A stretch of 64,000 nt of DNA, taken from positions 1,490 through 65,489 of the forward strand of contig CAJOFY010000022.1 of NCBI GenBank assembly GCA_905233945.1, written 5' to 3'. The position numbers and the translations under genes were made by a program. The stretch is from an uncultured bacterium (GTDB lineage Bacteria > UBP6 > UBA1177). Shown here one piece after another: positions 46,175-54,463 of the stretch. Below the pieces are notes generated by a model. The model was not told where the DNA came from. It saw only the letters and a program-made list of their open reading frames with translations, and ran no database searches. How positions within the stretch are numbered: the stretch's first letter is position 1; each line of letters starts with the position of its first letter.

Positions 46175-46413
46175 ACCCCATACCTCTCGTCAAGGTATTC
46201 AAGATATTCCTGCCGTGCATCGATCTGTTTGTCACTTTTGATGCAACCATTGAATTTTTCGAACAATCTCATTGTTTCTTCCTTAGACATTCCGCCTTTT
46301 TCTTCATGCTTTTTTTCATTCATGTTTCCGAGCGAAACGACTAAATTGTAGATTATCGTCTGCTGCTCAGTTGTAAGTGCGCTCAACGCTTTTTCGAAAA
46401 CTTCGAAGCTCAT
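46171..46413 (-). CDS. small antitoxin-like protein of the PIN TA pair
   Basis: 80 aa, precedes and overlaps the PIN gene; GGAGG RBS before ATG 46413. Confidence 0.55.
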   Translation of the reverse strand: MSFEVFEKALSALTTEQQTIIYNLVVSLGNMNEKKHEEKGGMSKEETMRLFEKFNGCIKSDKQIDARQEYLEYLDERYGV

Positions 46414-46501
46414 TTTAACCTCCATTCCGCAAAAACTCTTCTATTATACTCAATTTTTTTAGAAATGCGAGAGGAAATTATCAGGAATCAATGATGTGAA
46501 T

Positions 46502-47089
46502 CTACCACGGCACGGCGATGAGTCCTGTGAAACCCATGAACGCAAGTGCGAGAAGACCTGCGGTGACAAGTGCGATCGGTGCGCCTTTCATAGCTTCGGG
46601 GATTTCGTAAAGCTCAAGGCGTTCCCTGATTCCTGCAAAAATTACGAGTGCCAAGAAGAAGCCGAGAGCGGTCGCGATCGTGTAAACTACGCTCTGGAGA
46701 AGTTCGTAGTTTTTCTGCGTTACGAGTATCGCAACACCGAGAACGGCGCAGTTCGTCGTGATGAGCGGAAGGAATACGCCGAGAGCCTGATAAAGCGGCC
46801 GTGACACTTTTTTCAGAATGATTTCAACCATTTGTACAAGTGCAGCGATGACAAGGATGTATGCGACCGTCTGCATAAATTCGATGTGAAGCTTTGTCAG
46901 AACAGCCTTGTAGAGAATGTGCGTAACTGTCGTAGCCAAGGTCATGACGAAAAGGACAGCCGCGCCCATTCCGACCGAAGTCGAAACTTTGTTCGAAACA
47001 CCGAGGAAGGGGCAGATTCCCAAAAACTGCGCGAAAACGATGTTGTTTACGAGGATCGCGCTGATGAAAACAAGAATATATCCGGTCAT
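46502..47089 (-). CDS. rnfA: Rnf electron-transport complex subunit A
   Basis: 195-aa polytopic membrane protein; conserved RnfA/NqrE-family sequence. Confidence 0.85.
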   Translation of the reverse strand: MTGYILVFISAILVNNIVFAQFLGICPFLGVSNKVSTSVGMGAAVLFVMTLATTVTHILYKAVLTKLHIEFMQTVAYILVIAALVQMVEIILKKVSRPLYQALGVFLPLITTNCAVLGVAILVTQKNYELLQSVVYTIATALGFFLALVIFAGIRERLELYEIPEAMKGAPIALVTAGLLALAFMGFTGLIAVPW

Positions 47090-47098
47090 TTTCCCCTC

Positions 47099-47695
47099 CT
47101 ACGCTGCTTTTCTGTTTTTGATGTGGTTTACGAGTGCTATCAGGAAACCGAGGGCGATGAAAGCTCCGGGCGGCATGATGAAAAGAAGGACTTTATCAAT
47201 GTTTTCAGGGATAAACTGGAATCCGAAAACAGAGCCGTTGCCGAGGATCTCTCTTACCGAGCCCAGGATCGTGAGCGACATCGTGAAACCGAGACCGATC
47301 CCGAGGCCATCCGCAATCGAAAGGAGAACGCCGTTTTTCGAAGCAAAAGCCTCGGCGCGACCCAGAATGATGCAGTTTACGACGATAAGCGGGATGAAAA
47401 GTCCCAGTGTTTCATACAGATCGGGGAGATATGCCTGCATCGAAAGGTCTACGACCGTAACGAAACTTGCGATTACAACGATGAATCCCGGAATTCTGAC
47501 TTTGTCGGGAATGACGTTTTTCAGCAGTGAAATTACGGCGTTGGAGCAGATGAGTACGACTGTCGCCGCGAGACCCATGCTCATTCCGTTGATCGCGCTC
47601 GTCGTCGTTCCCAAAGTCGGGCACATACCGAGAAGAAGGACAAAAGTGGGGTTTTCTTTGATGAAACCTTTTATAAATTCATTCCATACTCTCAT
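47099..47695 (-). CDS. rnfE: Rnf complex subunit E
   Basis: LLLGMCPTLG motif; RnfE/NqrD family. Confidence 0.85.
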   Translation of the reverse strand: MRVWNEFIKGFIKENPTFVLLLGMCPTLGTTTSAINGMSMGLAATVVLICSNAVISLLKNVIPDKVRIPGFIVVIASFVTVVDLSMQAYLPDLYETLGLFIPLIVVNCIILGRAEAFASKNGVLLSIADGLGIGLGFTMSLTILGSVREILGNGSVFGFQFIPENIDKVLLFIMPPGAFIALGFLIALVNHIKNRKAA

Positions 47696-47704
47696 TTCCG
47701 CCTC

Positions 47705-48268
47705 CTAATTGCTGCCTTTTTTGTAGGCTTCGACCGCTTTGCCGACCGCATCAAGAAAAGCTCTTGAGGAGATCGTCGCCGCAGTTATCGCATCGACATC
47801 GCCGCCGTCCTTTTTGACGGAAAGCTTGAATTCAGCCGGATCTTTGCCGTTTACCTGGTCTTTGAACTTCGGATTTGTCATGTTGCTGCCGAGTCCGGGA
47901 GTTTCTTTGATCGAAAGGACCGCAGTATTGTGGATCTTTCCTTCGGCATCAAAACCGACAAGAAGCTGGACGTCGCCGCCGAAACCTTTGTGCGAAACGG
48001 TCTCAACCGCTGTTCCGGCAACTTCTTCGCCTTTGTACGCGGTGTAGAGAACACATTCATCGACTTCTTTTTTCTCGCCGAGTTTGTCGAATTCCGGAAC
48101 GACCTGCTTTATAGCTTTTTCGAAATTCTCTTGCTTGATCGCGTCAGCCGCCGGCTTCGTTTTTGTATAGGTAAAACCTATCGCAAGCGCGCTGACAAGC
48201 GAGATTGCGAGCAGCACGACGAACATGTTGAGGAAGGTGCTTTCGAGTTTTTTCTTCTTATCCGACAT
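47705..48268 (-). CDS. rnfG: Rnf complex subunit G (FMN-binding)
   Basis: Single N-terminal TM plus FMN-binding domain (SHKGFGGDVQLLVG…). Confidence 0.8.
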   Translation of the reverse strand: MSDKKKKLESTFLNMFVVLLAISLVSALAIGFTYTKTKPAADAIKQENFEKAIKQVVPEFDKLGEKKEVDECVLYTAYKGEEVAGTAVETVSHKGFGGDVQLLVGFDAEGKIHNTAVLSIKETPGLGSNMTNPKFKDQVNGKDPAEFKLSVKKDGGDVDAITAATISSRAFLDAVGKAVEAYKKGSN

Positions 48269-49235
48269 AGTTCACCTCCTTTCCGAATCTCTTCGGCTTG
48301 ATGTATTTGTCGATGAGAGGAACGAACGCGTTCATAATGAGGATCGAGAACATGCAGCCTTCGGGATATGCGCCGAAAAGCCTGATGCACGAGCAGATGA
48401 CACCTGCACCGACCGCGAAAACGATCTGGCCTTTCGGATTCATCGGGCTTGTGACCATATCAGTCAGCATGAAGAACGCTCCAAGCATTACGCCGCCGCC
48501 CAGAATGTGATAAAGCGGATTTACGAACTGCTCGGGGTCGATAAACCATGCGATCCCTGTGAAAACAAAGATCGTAGCAAGGAAAAATACCGGAATATGC
48601 CATGAAATGATCTTTTTATACATCAGAAAGAGTCCGCCCAGAAGGATCGCAAGAGCGCTTGTCTCGCCGAGCGAACCGCCGACCGTTCCGATGAAAAGAT
48701 CCCAGTAGTCGGGAAGTTTCTCGAAAGCGTGAAGCTTGATGTTGCCGAGCGGAGTCGCGGCAGTCATCGCATCGATATTCCATACGAATCTTGTTGCGCC
48801 CGGGACCGGCCAGGTCGTCATCGTGACAGGGAAGCTGATGAGAAGGAAAGCCCTGCCGACAAGCGCCGGATTGAACGGGTTTTTGCCAAGTCCGCCGAAA
48901 GCCATTTTCGCGATGCCGATAGCGACCAGAGCACCGATGAAAAGCTGCCAGAGCGGGATCGAACTCGGCATGTTGAAGGCGAGAAGAAGCCCTGTTACCG
49001 CGGCTGAACCGTCGCAGACAGTGACTTTTGTTTTCAGAACGAACTTCTGAATCAGGTATTCAAGTCCGACACAGAAAACAAGCGACGCAACGACAACGAC
49101 CAGAGCTCTTATTCCGAAGTTGAAAAGAGCCGAAACGAGGGCCGGCAGCATAGCCGCGCAGACCAGCCACATGACTTTGTTCGTTGTAAGCCGCCCTTTC
49201 TCGTGCGGGGAAAGCGAAACTTTTAAATTATCCAT
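48258..49235 (-). CDS. rnfD: Rnf complex subunit D
   Basis: NqrB/RnfD family polytopic protein; conserved covalent-FMN Thr region (…GGVMLGAFFMLTDMVTSP…). Confidence 0.85.
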   Translation of the reverse strand: MDNLKVSLSPHEKGRLTTNKVMWLVCAAMLPALVSALFNFGIRALVVVVASLVFCVGLEYLIQKFVLKTKVTVCDGSAAVTGLLLAFNMPSSIPLWQLFIGALVAIGIAKMAFGGLGKNPFNPALVGRAFLLISFPVTMTTWPVPGATRFVWNIDAMTAATPLGNIKLHAFEKLPDYWDLFIGTVGGSLGETSALAILLGGLFLMYKKIISWHIPVFFLATIFVFTGIAWFIDPEQFVNPLYHILGGGVMLGAFFMLTDMVTSPMNPKGQIVFAVGAGVICSCIRLFGAYPEGCMFSILIMNAFVPLIDKYIKPKRFGKEVNYVG

Positions 49236-49244
49236 TTTTCACTC

Positions 49245-50603
49245 CTATTTTTTAGCAGCTCTTTCTCTTCTGATTCTTCCGACATTTGCCTTTGCGAGCC
49301 TGATGTAGTCGAGCAGCGGACGCGCACTCGGGCATGTGTAGCTGCAGCAGCCGCATTCGATGCAGTCGGTTACGTTGAGGACATCGAGATCGTCCCATCT
49401 TCCTTTCTCTGCCAGTTTTTCGTAGAGGAAAGGCTCAAGTCCCATCGGACATGCCGCGACACATTTAGCGCAGCGGATGCAGTTCTGAACTTCGTGCCTT
49501 TTTGCCTCGCTTTCGTCAAGCAGAAGAACGCCGCTCGTCCCTTTCGTGACCGGGAATTCGGCTGAAACGGCTGCTTTTCCCATCATCGGACCGCCGGATA
49601 TGATTTTTGCGGTCCCTTCAGGTATCCCGCCCGATTTTTCTATGAGAACGCTCGCCGGAATGCCTATTCTGACAAGGTAGTTCGCAGGTTTCGCGAGTTT
49701 TTTGCCCGTGACGGTGACAACTCTTTCGAAAAGCGGTTTGTGTTTCTGGACTGCCTCGTAGATTGCGAGAGCCGTTCCGACGTTGTCGACTACGCAGCCG
49801 ACATCGAGCGGAAGTTTGCCGGATGGAACTTCGCGGTTGCGGATAGCTTTGATAAGCTGTTTTTCTGCGCCCTGCGGATATTTCAGAAGGAGCGGCTGAA
49901 CTGTCGTTCCCGGGAAATTTGCAGCAGCTTTCGTCATTTTTTCGATCGCGTCGGGTTTGTTTGCCTCGATTCCGATGACGGCAGTGTCGATCTTGAGCGC
50001 TTTTTTCATAACTTCGACGCCGACAAAGATCTCTTCCGTCCTTTCGAGCATGACTCTGTGGTCAGCCGTGAGGTAAGGCTCGCACTCGACCGCGTTGATG
50101 ATGAGCGTGTCAGCTTTTTTGCCTTCCGGGATCGTGTATTTGACGTGGGTCGGGAAACACGCGCCGCCCATTCCGACGATGCCCGCCGACTTCATCGTAG
50201 CGACAATTTCCTCAGGTGTAGCCGTGATCTCGCGGATAAGTTCGGGAGTTCTGATGATGCTTTCCTCCCACTCGTCAGCCTCGTCAACATCGATGATGAC
50301 CGCTTTGACAGCGAATCCTGCTGGATCTTTGATCGTGTCGATCGCCGCAACGGTTCCACTTACCGAAGAATGGATGTTTACCGAAACAAAACCGCCTGCC
50401 TCGCCGATAAGCGTGCCGACTTTGACCTTGTCGCCTTTCTGCACAACGGGCACTGCCGGCGCGCCGATGTGCTGCGAAAGCGGGATCATCACCCGTTTCG
50501 GAAGCTCGACAGCCTCGATGGGTGTTCCCGCGCTTATTTTGTTCTCAGGCGGATGAACGCCGCCGATTTTAAACGTCTTAAAATTCAAACTTGCCTCCCC
50601 CAA
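49245..50603 (-). CDS. rnfC: Rnf complex subunit C
   Basis: Two CxxCxxCxxxCP ferredoxin motifs (CIRCAKCVAACP, CIECGCCSYTCP); NADH-binding-like domain. Confidence 0.85.
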   Translation of the reverse strand: MGEASLNFKTFKIGGVHPPENKISAGTPIEAVELPKRVMIPLSQHIGAPAVPVVQKGDKVKVGTLIGEAGGFVSVNIHSSVSGTVAAIDTIKDPAGFAVKAVIIDVDEADEWEESIIRTPELIREITATPEEIVATMKSAGIVGMGGACFPTHVKYTIPEGKKADTLIINAVECEPYLTADHRVMLERTEEIFVGVEVMKKALKIDTAVIGIEANKPDAIEKMTKAAANFPGTTVQPLLLKYPQGAEKQLIKAIRNREVPSGKLPLDVGCVVDNVGTALAIYEAVQKHKPLFERVVTVTGKKLAKPANYLVRIGIPASVLIEKSGGIPEGTAKIISGGPMMGKAAVSAEFPVTKGTSGVLLLDESEAKRHEVQNCIRCAKCVAACPMGLEPFLYEKLAEKGRWDDLDVLNVTDCIECGCCSYTCPSARPLLDYIRLAKANVGRIRRERAAKK

Positions 50604-50663
50604 AAATTGTCAACATGACTTAAAGCCGGATTTTTTTATTCTTTTCTTAATTTAATGCAAGAA

Positions 50664-50783
50664 AATCGATAAGAACGTTATTATCGTTATTACGATTCGC
50701 GCCGTCAGAATAACGTTATAACGGTATCACGTGATAACGATCCTGACTTTCGGCGCGTCGATCCTAATCGAAAAGAACGATCG
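50664..50783. repeat. palindromic intergenic element, copy B (homolog of 26278-26420) in the rnfC upstream leader region
   Basis: Shares CGTTATTATCG, ACGATTCGCGCC, AACGTTATAACGGTAT and terminal TCGAAAAGAACGA blocks in the same order and orientation as copy A. Confidence 0.7.
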
Positions 50784-50871
50784 ATCGGCCCGTCACGCAA
50801 TATTCCTCTTTACTTTATTTTGTTTCCGCCTAAAATATTACGGTTTTTAGTTGTTTAATATGAGGTGCGCA

Positions 50872-52734
50872 ATGAAAAAACTCTTTTTCTTATCTTTTTT
50901 TCTGTTTATTTCCTTTTTCTGCATAAGTTGCGGCGGCTCGGAAAAAAAGCCGGTCAGACCGGCAGAACCGTCTGATACAGAAGCAGTTGACACAGACACA
51001 GTTCCAGACACTGATCAGACTGACCCTGATTCAACTTCCAATTGCGGCAATAAAGAGATTGAAGAAGGTGAAATATGCGACGGCACTGCAATGGAATGCA
51101 GCGAAATCAATCCCGAATACTCTGGCGGAATCGCTTTGTGCAAAGCTGACTGCACAGGCTGGGACGAAAGCACATGCAAGACTGCCGATCCTGATGATCC
51201 GGGCGATGATATCGACACCAGCTCAGTTTTTTCCTTCGGTCCTTATCAGGTGAACCCAATTGATGTTAAATCCGGCGATGGCAGCGCGCCGAGAGATTTT
51301 AAAATCTACGAGCCGACAGGCGCTGAAGGAAACATTCCCGTCGTTCACTTTCTTCACGGTTTCATGTATAAAATCGCCTACTACGATGATTTCCTGACTC
51401 AGCTTGCCTCTCACGGATTCGTCGTTGTTTCAAGCCAGTCAGACCATGCGATGATAAACGGTGACACGACAATTGTCGAAGCTGAGAAACTCGCAACATT
51501 CCTTAATTGGCTCAAACAGAATCTTCAGTCGAAAGTTTCCGTAACAGTCGATGTCGAACATTTCGGCATTTCGGGACACAGCCGCGGCGGAAAAGTTACA
51601 AACCGCCTTCTCAACAGCGATCCATCAATGGCAACCAGTTTCTTCGGTGTCGACCCCGTTGACTCCGCTCCGCCCTTCAGCGGTTTTGTAGGCGCTTCAG
51701 ATCCCGAGAGCCTTTCGGATATGGTTCAGTTCAAAGGCGAATCAATGTTTTTGGGCACAGAATTCGGTCCTCAGAAAAAATTAGGAACTTCTTGTGCTCC
51801 GGACGGAGACAACAGCGCCCATTTCTATTCAAGCTATCCGGCTCCGAGCCGCCACATCATTGCTGCCGGCGTGGGTCATGCCGACATGGTCGATCCTGCC
51901 GACGTAAACTCTTGCGGCATGTACTGCTCAAGTTGCGCAAGCAGCGGCAATACAGAGCTCAACCAGCAGTTTATCGCCTATATCGGCGGACTTATGACCG
52001 CTTTCTTCAACGCGACTCTCAAAGGTCAGACGCAGTATGAAGCGCTTCTTGACGATGTTTCAAAACATCCTTTCCAAACAACTCTTGCAGACCACAAAAG
52101 CTACGAAGAGGCCATAGAAATAGGCGATCCGCTTGGCGAAGTCACTGTTTCCGACAAACCGAGCGGATTTGACGGGATCTTTTTCGACGGTCCCGGTGAA
52201 GATGAAGCAATAATTTTCTATCCCGGTGCAAGCATTGAACCTGCGGCCTACTCTTCAATCATGACAATGCTCGCCGAAAGGGGAATTGACGGATTCATCA
52301 TCAAAATGCCGGTGGATATGGCTGTTCTGGGGCAGAGCAAAGCCGACGACATCTACAAAAAATATCCTTCCTACAAAAAATATTACTTGTCCGGCCACTC
52401 GATGGGAGGTGCGATGATCGCGAACTACGCAGCAAAAACTTCCAACAAGGTGAACGGTCTTTTCATGCTGGCTGCATATCCGACAGAAAATCTCACTGCT
52501 GCCGATTATCCGATACTTTTCATATACGGAAGCGAAGACGGCGTCCTCAACAGAGACAAGCTCGCAACCGGACTAACACTTACCCCGGCAAGCGCTGTAA
52601 ACTACGAAATTCCCGGCGGAAACCACGCGTATTTCGGCAATTACGGCGAGCAGGACGGTGACGGGAAGGCGACAATTTCCCCAATAACCCAGCAGAAAAT
52701 CACCGTTCGTGAAATTCTTAATCTCATAAGATAA
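50872..52734 (+). CDS. secreted lipoprotein with Cys-rich module and two alpha/beta-hydrolase domains (N-terminal chlorophyllase-like)
   Basis: Lipobox FCISCGG; Cys-rich CGNKEIEEGEICDG…CKADCTGWDESTC; chlorophyllase-like HGF…ASHGFVVV…GHSRGG; second GxSxG (SGHSMGG). Confidence 0.65.
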   Translation: MKKLFFLSFFLFISFFCISCGGSEKKPVRPAEPSDTEAVDTDTVPDTDQTDPDSTSNCGNKEIEEGEICDGTAMECSEINPEYSGGIALCKADCTGWDESTCKTADPDDPGDDIDTSSVFSFGPYQVNPIDVKSGDGSAPRDFKIYEPTGAEGNIPVVHFLHGFMYKIAYYDDFLTQLASHGFVVVSSQSDHAMINGDTTIVEAEKLATFLNWLKQNLQSKVSVTVDVEHFGISGHSRGGKVTNRLLNSDPSMATSFFGVDPVDSAPPFSGFVGASDPESLSDMVQFKGESMFLGTEFGPQKKLGTSCAPDGDNSAHFYSSYPAPSRHIIAAGVGHADMVDPADVNSCGMYCSSCASSGNTELNQQFIAYIGGLMTAFFNATLKGQTQYEALLDDVSKHPFQTTLADHKSYEEAIEIGDPLGEVTVSDKPSGFDGIFFDGPGEDEAIIFYPGASIEPAAYSSIMTMLAERGIDGFIIKMPVDMAVLGQSKADDIYKKYPSYKKYYLSGHSMGGAMIANYAAKTSNKVNGLFMLAAYPTENLTAADYPILFIYGSEDGVLNRDKLATGLTLTPASAVNYEIPGGNHAYFGNYGEQDGDGKATISPITQQKITVREILNLIR

Positions 52735-52745
52735 GGGGATTAAAA

Positions 52746-54329
52746 ATGAAAAAATTCCTTCTGATTCTGTTTCTGGCACTGATTTTTCTGCTTGCCGGCT
52801 GCAGCGGCAAAAAAGCTTCGGACCTGACTGATTCTCCCGACACTGATTCGTCCGACACCGGAATTACTGAGCAGGACGATTCAACCGATACCCTTGACAA
52901 CGATCCCGCCGACAATGAAACTCCGGACAATAGTGAAACACAGGACTCAGAAAAACCTGGCACAGAGACTCCCGACACGGAAGCAACGGATACCGAAACT
53001 CAGGACAACGAAGTTTCCGATACTGACACTCTGGACAATGGTCCGTCCGATGACAACAATTCAGACAGCGGCGCAACCGATAACGACGCCTCGGATCCGG
53101 ACACTCAGAATGACGATTCTGCCGATAATGACGCACCTGACGGTGACACCTCAGATTCCGACAATGATGACATTGCTGATGCCGATATTCCAGACAATGA
53201 AAATCAGGATAGTGAGGCTTCGGATCCCGATACATCAGATGATGATATTCAGGATAACGATACTGCCGGCAACGATTCAGACGACGAAACTCCGGATGCC
53301 GATGTTCCGGCAACTGAAGATTTAGCCGATGTTTTTAATCTTGGTCCTTACGAAGTAAAAATAACCGATATCGCTTCCGGAACTGACGGCGCTCCGAGAG
53401 ATTTCAGAATCTATGAACCGAAAAATGCTTCTGGCAACATTCCGGTCGTTCACTTCCAGCACGATTTCCTTTATAAAAAAGATTATTACGACGGCATGCT
53501 CACGCACCTTGCATCACACGGTTTCATCGTAGTTTCAGGGCAGTCGGACCACGCGAAAATCAACGGAGAATCTTCGATAAAGGAAGCCGGAAAAGTCGTC
53601 ACTTTCATTTCATGGCTCAAGGAAAATATCCAGTCAAAAGTTTCGGTCACTGCAGACATTGAACACTTCGGCGTTGCCGGGCACGGACGCGGAGGAAAAG
53701 TCACAAGCCGCGTTACAAATTACGATGAAATGATGATGCTGAAAGGTTTCTTCGGCGTTGATCCTGTCGATGCGCAGTCATTATCCGATCCCGGCACAGT
53801 AGCCGAGATCACGACCGGAGCGATTTCAAAAAAAGAACAGTGTCTGGCTCTCGGCGGAACATGGTCATTGGCTTCATGCAAAAATGTAACGATAGATTCT
53901 CAGGAAGAATGCGAGATTTTGGGCGGCCACTACTTCAACGGCAGCAAATGCTACAACAACCGCGCGACACTTCCTTCCATGTTTCTGGGAACCGAAAAAG
54001 GACGCAGCGGCTCGTCAGCATGCGCTCCGGCAGGCGAAAACAGCACCGATTTCTACGCAAGCTATCCGTCACCGAGTCACCACATCATCGCAGCAGGCGT
54101 AGGTCATGCCGACATGGTTGACCCTGAAGATCTTTCGTCCTGCGGCAGTACCTGCTCGGGATGCACCGGCAGCGGCAACACAGAGTTGAACCAGAAGTTC
54201 GTTGCCTACACCGGCGGACTTATGGTTGCTTTCTTCAATACAACACTCAAAGACAAAACTCAGTATGAAGCACTTCTTAATGACGTTTCTACTCATCCGT
54301 TCCTGACAACTGCTGCTGAGCACAAATAA
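52746..54329 (+). CDS. secreted lipoprotein: long Asp/Thr/Ser-rich acidic repeat linker plus chlorophyllase-like alpha/beta hydrolase
   Basis: Lipobox LLAGCSG; ~190 aa of D/T/S/N low-complexity repeats; hydrolase domain paralogous to the previous gene (VVHFQHDF…ASHGFIVV…GHGRGG). Confidence 0.65.
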   Translation: MKKFLLILFLALIFLLAGCSGKKASDLTDSPDTDSSDTGITEQDDSTDTLDNDPADNETPDNSETQDSEKPGTETPDTEATDTETQDNEVSDTDTLDNGPSDDNNSDSGATDNDASDPDTQNDDSADNDAPDGDTSDSDNDDIADADIPDNENQDSEASDPDTSDDDIQDNDTAGNDSDDETPDADVPATEDLADVFNLGPYEVKITDIASGTDGAPRDFRIYEPKNASGNIPVVHFQHDFLYKKDYYDGMLTHLASHGFIVVSGQSDHAKINGESSIKEAGKVVTFISWLKENIQSKVSVTADIEHFGVAGHGRGGKVTSRVTNYDEMMMLKGFFGVDPVDAQSLSDPGTVAEITTGAISKKEQCLALGGTWSLASCKNVTIDSQEECEILGGHYFNGSKCYNNRATLPSMFLGTEKGRSGSSACAPAGENSTDFYASYPSPSHHIIAAGVGHADMVDPEDLSSCGSTCSGCTGSGNTELNQKFVAYTGGLMVAFFNTTLKDKTQYEALLNDVSTHPFLTTAAEHK

Positions 54330-54463
54330 CCATCTCATAAGATTTTTTCAAAAAAACATTTTGATTTTTTACTTGCTTTTACTTTTTCACCCTTTACAAT
54401 CGCCGCGACTTGTTTGTTTTTGATACCAATGTGTTTTTTTGTCTTTCATTTTGGAGGTTTAAA

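Noticed and set aside
41700-46500. Search for an integrase/transposase within the islet array (including the 142-aa basic protein at 43193..43621)
   Set aside because: No tyrosine-recombinase (R…HxxR…Y), serine-recombinase, DDE or HUH motifs are recognisable. The 142-aa protein shows only a weak, unconvincing GIY-YIG-like spacing.
52800-53330. Nucleotide-level repetitive region (GACACTGATTC-type periodicity)
   Set aside because: It is the coding sequence of an Asp/Thr/Ser-rich low-complexity linker within ORF 52746..54329, not a non-coding repeat or mobile element.
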